Positions 36,121 to 47,600 of a DNA stretch of 64,000 nucleotides are shown here, piece by piece (the stretch's first letter is position 1; the number at the start of each line of letters is the position of its first letter). The notes beneath the pieces were generated by a model that was given only the letters and a program-made list of their open reading frames with translations, made no database searches and was not told the DNA's origin. This DNA comes from Anaeramoeba ignava BMAN. Lineage: Eukaryota; Protista; Anaeramoebae. A program made the translations under genes and the position numbers. The DNA lies in the NCBI GenBank assembly GCA_028826165.1, contig JAPDFW010000128.1, positions 1 to 64,000 of the forward strand. Direction: 5' to 3'.

Positions 36121-36695
36121 AAATATTTTTAAATAATAAAATACTTAAATCTAAAACAATAAATTATTATTTTAAACATAAAATTAAATATTAAATTATA
36201 TTTTTAAATTAATTTATAAATTAAATATTAAATTAAACCTATTCTTATTTTTTATATTTATATGTTAAATATTTAAATAATAAAATATTTAAATCTAAAA
36301 CATTAAATTATTATTTTAAAAATAAAATTAAATATTAAATTATATTTTTAAATTAATTTATAAATTAAATATTAAATTAAACCTATTCTTATTTTTATAT
36401 TTATATGTTAAATATTTTAAATAATAAAATATTTATATCTAAAACAATAAATTAATATTTTAAACATAAAATTAAATATTAAATTATATTTCTAAATTAT
36501 TTTATTAATTAAATATTAAATTAAACTTATTTTTATATTTTTATTTTTATATTTATATGTTAAATATTTAAATAATAAAATATTTAAATCTAAAACATTA
36601 AATTATTATTTTAATAATAAAATTAAATATTAAATTATATTTTTAAATTAATTTATAAATTAAATATTAAATTAAATCTATTCTTATTTTTTATT
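36121..36695. repeat. Four tandem copies of a ~144-bp AT-rich unit
   Basis: Marker ctaaaaca recurs at 36151, 36295, 36439 and 36590. Confidence 0.88.
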
Positions 36696-36699
36696 GATT

Positions 36700-38424
36700 T
36701 TAATTATTAAATTTATTAATTAATAAATCAAATAAATTTGGATTTGTTTGATTTAATTGAAAATAATCAATTCCAATTTGGATTTCTTCAATAATTTCTT
36801 GTGTAATTTGAATTTCATCTTTAATTTGATTTGAATAAATCCAATATTCAAATAATTGAAATGATTTATTACTTAATTCACTATAATCTGTAACTTTATT
36901 AGAAGTATCATTTGTTACAGATAAAAACATTCCTCGATATAATTCACTTCTCATTATTAATATTAATTTTGGAAATTTATATTGTTTTTCTTTTCTTTCA
37001 ATAATAAAATCTTTTTCATTTTCATTTTCATTTAAATAAATTCTTTTAATTGTTTCTTCAATTTTTTCATTTGAATTTATAATTTCTTTAATTTCAGAAT
37101 ATAATTTTGGATTTATAATTCTATTTGAATAAATCATTTCAAATATTTGATTTGATTCTTTAATTGATTTATTTGAAATAATTTCTTGAAGTTTTTCAAT
37201 TTCATTTTGATTTAATCTATATTTCAATATTAATTTATGAGCTTCAATTATTTCTCCATTTTTGGTTTTAAATGAAATATTACAAAATTCTTTTCTTCTA
37301 AATAATTTTATCAAATCTTCTTCAATATTGGAAAAAGAAGAATGAGAATAATAAAGAAATGATTTGTAAGCACCACAATAAATATGATAATTGGAAATAT
37401 CTTCATTAAATCTTAATTTAGGAAGTTCAATTTGAATTGGAATGAATTGATTATTTATATCTCCAATTCCTAATTCACCCCAATAATTATTTCCAAATCC
37501 TATCACTTTCCCTTTAGAAGTTAAAATCAAAGTATGTTCATATCCAACAGAAATTTCAAGAATATCATTATCATTTTCAAATAAAGATGATTTGATTTCA
37601 GTAAATTCTTAAGTATTTTGATATTTTCCAAGTCCATTATATAGAGAATATCCACATGAATAAAGTTTTCTTTTTGGATTTTGATTTTGATTTTCATTTT
37701 CAATCAACATTATTGAATAAGCAAATCCACATTGAATATCAATTATTTTACCTTTTGGAATATTTTGAATTTTGGTTAATTTTTGGATTCTTGTTTCTTG
37801 TTTTCTTGATTCTCCTAATCCAAGTTGACTATATTCATTATTACCGCATCCAAATAATTCTTGATTTGAATTTAAAAGAAAAACATTATTTGAAGAAATT
37901 CCTGAAAATATTTTAGAAACATTTTTCATCATTAAAATTGGTTTTTCTGTTTCATGATTTACATATGAATCAAAACCAAGTTGATAATATTGATTTGAAC
38001 CAATTCCATAAGCATTTTGATTTGAAGTTAATAAATAAATTGAGCTATCTCCAGAAACAATATCTTGGATTATTCTATCATTTTTATCTTCAATTAATAA
38101 TGAAATATTGATAAATTCTTTTGAATTTTTTGGATTAATGTCTTTTCCTTTGGCAAATACATTTCCTTCTTTTGTTAAAATAGCTTCATTTCTATAACCA
38201 ACAGTTACTTTTTGAATATTTTCTTCAATTTGGATTTTTTCAGGTTTTTGATTTGGATCATTTTCATTTAAATATTCTATTGCTTTTCCATTTTTAAAAA
38301 GGAAAATTGTTGAAAATATTCCTGATGAAATTTGTTTAATTTGTTTTTCATTTTCATTTTCATTTTCATTTTCAAATTTAAATTGAATTGGTTTTATTAT
38401 TTTTTCTGATTTATTTTTGAAAAG
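36700..38424 (-). pseudogene. RCC1-BTB pseudogene: start codon deleted, in-frame TAA at 37609-37611
   Basis: Colinear with copies 1-6 from ...NKSEKIIKPIQFKF onward. No ATG at the homologous position; TAA where paralogs have TAT, AAA, GAT or AAT. Confidence 0.88.
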
Positions 38425-38509
38425 AAAAAAATGAAAACTAAGATTGAATGAGAAAAATTGAAAGAAAAAAGAAAAAAATGAACAAAAAAATGAAGAAGAA
38501 AAAAAGGAG

Positions 38510-38564
38510 TTGTTTTGTTTTGTTTTGTTTTGTTTTGTTTTGTTTTGTTTTTGTTTTAGTTTTG

Positions 38565-38595
<31 letters not shown>

Positions 38596-38813
38596 TGTTT
38601 TGTTTTTGTTTTGTTTTTGTTTTGTTTTGTGTTTTGTTTTGTTTTTTTTTTTTTTTTTGTTTTGTTTTTGTTTTTTTTTTTTTTTGTTTTTTTTTTTTGT
38701 TTTTTTGTTTTTTTTTTTTTTTTTTTTGTTTTGTTTTTGTTTTGTTTTGTTTTGGTTTTGTTTTGTTTTTGTTTTGTGTTGTTTTGTTTTGTTTTTGTTT
38801 AGTTTTGTTTTTG

Positions 38814-38860
<47 letters not shown>

Positions 38861-38922
38861 GTTTTGTTTTGTTTTGTTTTGTTTTGTTTTGTTTTGTTTT
38901 GTTTTGTTTTTGTTTTGTGTTG

Positions 38923-38955
<33 letters not shown>
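38510..38955. repeat. (TTTTG)n/(TTTTTG)n microsatellite
   Basis: Directly visible; it generates the spurious F/C/V/L ORFs in the track. Confidence 0.95.
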
Positions 38956-38957
<2 letters not shown>

Positions 38958-41900
38958 AGAAAAGAATCTGAAAGATGAACAAGAAAGCAAGAAGAAAATA
39001 AGAGAAATTTGTGATAGAAAAAGCATCAGAAGCCAAGAAATGCAAATCCATTTTAAAAGTAGTATTAGCAGAAGAATCACATTCATCAAAAGCAAGAACC
39101 ATTACATCAAGAACACGGGAGTATTCCCTGTTTGGATTACCAGAGAAAGTGCGTGTATCACTTGCGAATTGGAGCCAAGAAGGAAGAGGAGATCCATCAT
39201 CAAGTTGGGCTTTATAAGTGAGAGAAATTGAATAAATGTCGGAAAAAACGTTGCTTTCAAAAGAGTATGAAATGGAAGATTTGCCCTTGTAATAGAAGTC
39301 AGGGATTGCACCGACAACAGTTGGCGGTTCGTTGACAATTTTGAACGGAACCGTTTGAGGAACTTGAGTGCAACCGTCACTAGCTGTCAAAATTAAGTTA
39401 TAATTACTGTTGGGACACTGATTATTCGGAACTGTTCCTGAAAACCTAAGCGAAGTGTTGTCGAACTTGATCCAAGTTGGATAGCTCCCTGATTCAGCAG
39501 AAATTGAATACACAAGCTGGCTCGCTGTGTCGTCGTCTTGGAAACTCGAAACCGTAAATGAAAAATATCTTCCGTTGTAAATTGTTTGGCGAGAGATTGG
39601 CGATGTGTAATAAGGTGCGTCGTTCTGCATCAATAGTTTGAATGTGTCATTCCCGACATTCGCGCAATCGTCTGTTGCGTTGAGACGAATTGTGTAGGTT
39701 TGGTTGCAGAGAGTCTTTGGCGGTGTGGAGTTGAACAAGCGAGATGAAGATGTGAATGTCAACCATGTCGGAAGTGCTGATCCGTTTGATTGACCTGCTG
39801 AATAAACAAGAAGGGAAGTTGCGGTATCGCCATCAGCGAAAGTGTATTCGGGGAAAACATAGGTGTGGGGATTGAGATTGAAAGCCATGTCGGGGATCGA
39901 GGTGTTGACATACGGCGATTGACTCAAAATTTGGAAAAGAAAAGTGTCAGTTATTGTTGTGCAGTTGTCATTCACAAATAGAGTGATGTTGCGTGAGTAA
40001 CCACACAGAACCTCGGACGGAGGTGTTCCTGAAAACACAAGCGTGTTGGTGTTGAAATTGATCCATGCTGGAAGAGGATCCATATTGTCCAGTGATGCTG
40101 TGAAGCTCAATGCTTCGTTATCTTCGTCTCTAAAAGAATTTTTATCAATTTGAAAATTAAACGGTGTGAAATTGAAATTTCTGTCGGGAACAGTTGCAAC
40201 AATAATAGGCTTGTCGTTCTCAATCGAGAGGTTGAAAAATTGTGTTGCAGAAGAGCATCCATCACTCACAGAAATCGCAATTTCTAGTTTGAGTCCTGTG
40301 CAGTAGTAATCATTGGGCGCAAGATACCCATAAAAATGCGGATTCGATGCTGATCCGTCAAAATTCAACCATCCTGGAAGATTGGATCCGTTGGAAAGCT
40401 TTGCTGTGTATATAAACTCTGTTGAGGCAGTGTCCGGATCCTGGAAACTTGCGGTTGATATCGCAAAGGAAAAGTCATTAACCGAAATTGTTTGCTGTTG
40501 GATCGTGGTATGCACAAAAGGCGGGTTGTTGATGACAGTTATTGTGAAGCTAAAATCTACTGAGTTGCATCCATCGCTTGCAGTAACTCTGAACGGAAGA
40601 TCCATGTCGCAAACATTAGGTGCTGTTGCGATGAATGTAAGCGTGGCTGCATCGAAAGACAACCATGCTGGCTTTGTTCCCCCAAGATAATCAATTGTGT
40701 ATGTTAAAGGAGAAGTATCAGGATCATAGAAAGTGGATTTGTCGATTGAAAACGCGAACCCTCGAGCATCATACACAGGCGACTGTATCGATCCAACCAT
40801 TCGAGGAGCAACATTGTCGTAAAAAATATTAAAGATATCTGTCACTGTTTGACAGGTGTCGTTAGCTGTCACTGCAACTTCCAAAGCAAGATGACAGGTT
40901 TCCGGCGGTTTTCCTGTAAAATAAAAATGGGTCGAATTTGTTTGGAAATTTAACCATTGCGGAAGTGCGCTTCCATTCACAAGTTTCGCCGTGATAATAA
41001 GATTGTTCGGACTCTCATCAGCAAAAATTGATTTCTCATATGCTATGTTTGCACTTTGACTGAACATGAAATAGTGATCTGGAATCGAGCGACTCACTGT
41101 TGGTTTCTTGTTGATAACCTCGAAATAGAACGTTGTGTTTGTTTGCGCGCATTGGTCGTCTGCAACAACAGCAATTTCAAAAGTGGATGCGCACATTTGG
41201 AACGGCGGTTGTGCAACAAATGTTCGATTTGCAGAGAAGAAATTGATCCACGAGGGAAGAGCATTTCCATTTGTGAGTTTAGCTGTCAAAATGATGTCAG
41301 AATCAGGATCAGTGAAAAGATCAGAAGGAAGTGCAAATACAGCAAAGTTTGTGACCGGAACTTGGCGACTGGGAAGATATTGATTAAGCATAGGACCGTT
41401 GTTGATAAGTTCGCCAGTGAAATAGTAGTGAGAAGTGGAACATCCGTCGAAGGCTTGGACATCCACAAAAATAGTTTCAGAGCAAATTTCTGTGCCAACG
41501 CTCATGTAGTCAGTGTGGAAAAGTAACGTCAACGGATTAAATTGCAGCCATGCAGGAAGTTGATTTCCGCCAAAAAGAAACGCGCTGAAAACAAGAGTGT
41601 TTGATTCAGGATCCGTAAATGCTGAACTTGGAAATTGGACTTGAGAATACACTCCATACTCGAATATTTGGTCATCAAAACTCCCCACATTGACAAGAGG
41701 AGCGCGATTTGTAACTTTAACAATGAATGTTGTTGTTGATATGTAGCATCCGTCTGTGGCAGAAAGTCTGACAGTCAAACTCTCAGAGCATTGAGAAGCT
41801 GATGGAGTGATACTCACACCCATTGTCGGCTCGTTGAACTTGATCCACAACGGAAGTGCGGATCCGTTTGCTAAATCCATTGAATATTGCAAAGTTGCTC

Positions 41901-44231
41901 CGTTTGGATCTTCGAAAATATTTGCCGGAATGGTGAAAAAATTACTTCCGTTTGTATACAACTGCACGTTGTCAATAACCGAATTCTGCACAAGAGGATC
42001 GTTTTGGATTGCAACCTCAAAATCAACGCGTTTTGTGGAACAGTAGTCTGTGGTCTGCAGCATGAGCGAGTAGCTGACATTGCAGAGTGAGATATTGGGT
42101 GTTCCTGTAAATTGTTTGTTGATTGGATCGAAGGAAATCCACGAAGGAAGATCTCCACCTGAAGAGAGCGAGGATGAGAACTGCAAAATGGATGAAGAGT
42201 CGTTGTCGAAAAAGACGTTTGAAAAAGAAAAACTGAAGGGTTGATTGACAACAACGGTCTGACTTGGCATGGGTGTTGACACAACTGGTGGGGAATTTGT
42301 CAGATGCACCCTGAAGATGTACGGCGTGAATCCGCATGAGCCTGATGCAGAGAGCTCGACAAACAAGTCGTATTCGCATGTTTGGCCTTCTCCCTGTGGA
42401 GGCGTTACTGAGAGAGCCCCTGATGAAGTAATGTTCATCCAATTTGGAATTGAACTTCCGTTTTGCAATTTCGCTGTATAAGTGATTGTTTGATCCTCAG
42501 GATCCACAAAAGTGTCGAACGGAACTTGATACTCGTGATAATTGAAATTCCATGAAATGTCTGCAATATCCTTCATTCTGACAGGCGGGAAATTTCTAAT
42601 TGTCAGGAAAAAAGAAGTGGAAGTTGTAAAAGAGCATTCATCTTCTGCAAAAACAAAAATATGCTCAGTCGCTCCGCATGTGAACGGTGCAGATCCAAAG
42701 AACTTCAGCAGATTTGGATCGAACATTAACCACGATGAATCTGGCGGGATTGTAGTGTAGTTGTCATAGGTCGCCGAGTATGTAAGTGTGGGCGAGTCCG
42801 AATCACTAAACACATTTTGCTGCGTAAAATTGAACGTTTTTGTGGAATTGACAATCTGGTTGTCCATTAGCTCCAATGTAACCGGTGGCTGCGCAAGACG
42901 GAGAGTGCGTGCCATTATCTTGTTTGGGACATCTGTTTCCTGCCAGACGAAAACAGCGGAGTTATTTCCGAAATTGATAATTTCCGGGTTTTGCTCATTT
43001 TGGATTGAGTTGTTAACAAGTGCAAATTCGGAAGTGATATTCTCACGTTTGCTGTTGTAGACCTTCGCAAAAACACCCTGAGTGCCACCATCTTGGCCTT
43101 CCCATGCAATTACAAACTGTCCTGAAGGCATCATGGCGTTTGAAGATTGGGTCTGATCGCCTTGCTGCACAGAATTCACCAAGAATTCTCCCCCTAATTT
43201 ATCGCAATCCTCAGTGAAAACCTGCGCAAATATCTCATAATCACTCACCAGTCTCTGCCACGAGATGATGAATGTATTATTGGCCGCTGAATTGGTAGAA
43301 ATAAAAGGAATTTTATTGTCAACACCACTGGGCGAATTCACTTGAAATTTGTCCATTATTTTCGACCCATTGTTCCAGAACGGCTGCGCATAAATCTGCG
43401 AGGGGTTGTCCGTTGAGATCTTGCTCTCCCACGAAACAATGAATTTCTGAGTCCCGATGTTGCAGACAAACGGGTTGATGACCTGCGTTGTTGATTCATT
43501 ATAAATATTAATTTCATTCCCAACTTTTTCTCCGTTAGAATTAAAAATTTGTCCATAAACCCAAGTTGTAGTTTGTCCAAAGCCCTGCCAAACAATGATG
43601 AACCCATCCTCTCCTATTGCGCACACTTGGGGATATTGGGAATTCTGCGCAATAGAATTGACCTGAAATTCATTTCCAACTTTTGATCCATCAACAGAAA
43701 AAATTTGTGCCTTAACTTGTCTCAATGTATCTCCTTGTGATTCCCAAGTTACCACAAACCTTCCGTTTCCCAGTAATGCCATCGCTTGGTTTTCTTGATC
43801 GTTTGTCACTACTGTATTCACCTGAAACTCTGTACTCTTTAGTCTTTCTCCGTTGTAACTGAAAATGTTCGCGAAAATTCCTTTTCCGTATCCGTCCTCT
43901 TGGTTTGAAACCCATGAAACTGCATATTTTCCGTTACCCAATCTTATCCCTTTTGGGTTTGTTTGTGTGAAATTTGTTGTTGATAATTCATAAATTGGAG
44001 AATCAAATGCCACGCAATTTTGAGTTTCTTATTATTTTAAATTAAATAAAAATTTATAAACAAATTAAATTTAAAATAAAAAGAAATATTTACTTATAAA
44101 TTCAATAATTAAAGCAAAAAGCAGAATGAACTTAACACTATTTAATTTAATTTAATATTTAATTAATTTAATTTAATTTTATTAATTTAATTTAATTTAA
44201 TTTAATATTTAATTTTATTTTACATTTTCAT
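38956..44231 (-). CDS. Large cell-surface protein: signal peptide, N-terminal bacterial-type beta-repeat domain, 13 dystroglycan-type cadherin-like (CADG/He_PIG) domains, hydrophobic C-terminal anchor
   Basis: Exons 44224-44231, ~44094-44138 and 38956-44027 give MKIVKFILLFALIIEFIKTQNCVAF... Repeats EFQVNx...P.V...G.FVVxW, then ~100-aa repeats F.D.D...L.Y.A.L.NGS.LP.W..F......F.GTP...A.D. The tail ASDAFSITNFSYFLLAFLFIFQILF is GPI-signal-like. Confidence 0.88.
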
Positions 44232-44610
44232 ATTTTTTATCTGTTTGTTTTGTTTGAAAAAAAAAAAAAGAAAATATTTTTTAACTAGATGATGATTATA
44301 AAAAAAGAAAAGAAAATAAAAGAAAAAAGAAAAAAATGTTCTTAATCACAATTGATGAAAGAGAAAAATGAAAAAAAAAAATTCAAAAAAAAAATAATTT
44401 TTTTCTTTTTTTTTCTTTTTTTTTCAATTAAAAAAAATAAAATTTAAAAAAAGATAAATTAGGAAATTGAGAAATTTAATGAATTCTTTTTGATTTTGAT
44501 TTTGATTTTGGATTTTAGATTTTTGTTTTTGGATTTTGTTATTGTAAATTTGTAAAAAAAAAAAGCAAAAAAAAAAGTGGAAAATTAATTTTGATTTGAA
44601 AAATTTTTTT

Positions 44611-47600
44611 TTAAAGTTCTTTTTTATCTGGTTTTTCAGTTTCAGTTTCAGTTTCAGTTTCAGTTTCAGTTTCTGTTTCTGTTTCTGTTTCTGTTTCTGT
44701 TTCTGTTTCTGTTTCATTTTCAAGTTGTTGCATTGCTTCAACTCTTTTTCTTTCTTCTTCAACTTTTCTTTGTTCTTCTAGAACTTTTACAAGCATTTCT
44801 TTTTCAGCTTTTTGATTTTTTGCCCATGTTTCTTTTGCTAATTTCTTTGCATATTCCATATCATCTGTAACTAAAATATTATCGAAAATAGTTCCTTTTT
44901 CTCCTTGATACATTCTTAATGCAACAAAATTAAGGTTTTTGAAAATGTAAACATCTTTTCTTGGTTTATAATTTGCATTTGGAATTAATTTTGGTGCCCA
45001 TTCTCCTTTATAATTTGGATTTGGAATCATTCTTGGCTATTTTTATCCAAATTTAATTTTAAATTTAATTTTGAATTTAATTTTGAATTTTGAATTTAAT
45101 TTTTAATTTAATTTTGAATTTAATTTTGAATTTAATATTTAATTTAATTTTGAATTTAATTTTAAATTTAATTTTGAATTTAATTTTTAATTTAATTTTG
45201 AATTTAATTTTGAATTTAATATTTAATTTAATTTTGAATTTAATTTTTAAATTTAATTTTGAATTTAATTTTTAATTTAATTTTTAATTTAATTTTGAAT
45301 TTAATATTTAATTTTGAATTTAATTTTTTGGATTTAATATTTAATTTTTTGAATTTAATTTTGAATTTAAATTTAATTTTTAATTTAATATTGAATTTAA
45401 TTTTGAATTTAATTTTAATTTAATTTTGAATTTAATTTTGAATTTAATTTTGAATTTAATTTTGAATTTAATTTTTAATTTAAATTTTGAATTTAATTTT
45501 GAATTTAATTTAATTTTTAATTTAATTTTGAATTTAATTTTGAATTTAATTTTGAATTTAATTTTAAATTTAATTTTTAATTTTGAATTTAATTTTGAAT
45601 TTAATTTTGAATTTAATTTTAATTTAATTTTAAATTTAATTTTTGGAATTTAATTTTAATTTTAATTTAATTTTGAATTTAATTTTTTTTAATTTAATTT
45701 TGAATTTAATATTGAATTTAATTTTTAATTTAATTTTTAATTTAATTTTAATTTAATTTTTAATTTTTAAATTTAATTTTAAATTTAAATTTTTAAATTT
45801 AATTTTATTTAATTTAATTTTAATTTAATTTAATTTAATTTTGAATTTAATTTTGAATTTAATATTGAATTTAATTTTGAATTTAATTTTGAATTTAATT
45901 TTGAATTTAATTTTTGAATTTAATATTGAATTTAATTTTGAATTTAATTTTGAATTTAATTTTGAATTTAATTTTGAATTTAATTTTTAAATTTAATTTT
46001 GAATTTAATTTTGAATTTAATTTTGAATTTAATATTTAATTTAATTTTGAATTTAATATTGAATTTAATATTGAATTTAATTTTGAATTTAATATTGAAT
46101 TTAATATTGAATTTAATTTTGAATTTAATATTGAATTTAATTTTGAATTTAATTTTGAATTTAATTTTGAATTTAATTTTGAATTTAATTTTTAATTTTA
46201 AATTTAATTTAAATTTTTTAATTTTTAATTTTTTAATTTAATTTAATTTTGAATTTAATTTTGAATTTAATTTTTAATTTAATATTGAATTTAATTTTGA
46301 ATTTAATTCAAATAAAATTCTTATTGAAATTTACTGCCCATTCTCCTTTATATTCTGGATTTGGAATCATTGGTGGTTCCCATTCTCCATCTTCATCATC
46401 TTCCCAATAATCTGGTTTTTTAGCTTTTGGATCAGGAATTTCTTCTGGAATATCATCCCATCCTTCAGGTTTTTTATCATCTGGATCAACCATTTCTGGA
46501 TCATCAACCCAATCCTAATTTATATTGATTTCAAAAATCAAAATTATTTTTAATTTATGGAAAATCTATTCAAACTATTTGATATTGATTTACTGTTGGT
46601 TTTTTATCATCTGGATCAGGAATTTCTTTTGGTTCAGCAAATTCCCAATCTTCTAATAAAGAACCTTTTGCAACTCTTTTAAGATCTGTCCAAACCTATT
46701 AATATTTAATATTTTTTTAATAATTAATATTTAATAATTTAATTATTTAATATTTAATATTATTTTTTAATATTTAATATTATTAATAATTAATTTTTTA
46801 ATAATTAATATTTAATATTTAATATTTAATATTTAATATTTAATATTTAATAATTAATAATTAATATTTAATATTTAATAATTAATATTTAATATTTAAT
46901 ATTTAATATTTAATAATTAATAATTAATAATTAATAATTAATAATTAATATTTAATAATTAATAATTAATAATTAATAATTAATAATTAATAATTAATAA
47001 TTAATATTTAATAATTAATAATTAATATTTAATATTTAATATTTTATATTTAATATTTAATATTTAATAATTAATATTTAATAATTAATAATTTATTTAA
47101 TTACTTCATATTTATCTCCAGGTGAGATAACAAGTGTATAAACATGTGTTAATTGATCTTTAGGCCAATCAAGTGTTTTTTTCCAAATTAAATTTCTTCC
47201 TTCAAATCCAAAGAAAACTCGAAGTGATTTATCTTTTGCACAAATATCAGGTCCAAATAAGATTCTAAAAATTAAATTATTTTATAAATTATTTTATTAA
47301 TTATTTTATTAATTAATTTATTAATTATTTTATAAATTATTTTATAAATTATTTTATAAATTATTTTATAAATTATTTTATTAATTATTTTATTAATTAT
47401 TTTATAAATTATTTTATTAATTATTTTATTAATTATTTTATAAATTATTTTATTTATTATTTTATAAATTATTTTATTAATTATTTTATTAATTATTTTA
47501 TTAATTATTTTATAAATTATTTTATAAATTATTTTATTAATTATTTTATTAATTATTTTATTAATTATTTTATTAATTAATTAATTATTTTATTTATTTT

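Noticed and set aside
37609-37611. TAA reassignment or readthrough (alternative genetic code)
   Set aside because: It is a single in-frame TAA in a copy that also lacks its ATG. TAA terminates many intact genes here at homologous ends.
38448-39231. F/C/V/L-rich ORFs, or a telomeric repeat
   Set aside because: They are translations of an irregular internal (TTTTG)n microsatellite 3' of a gene.
38956-44231. Bacterial contaminant or chimeric contig
   Set aside because: It has GT-AG introns that build an in-frame signal peptide, a GPI-like tail, many N-glycosylation sequons and host-like flanks.
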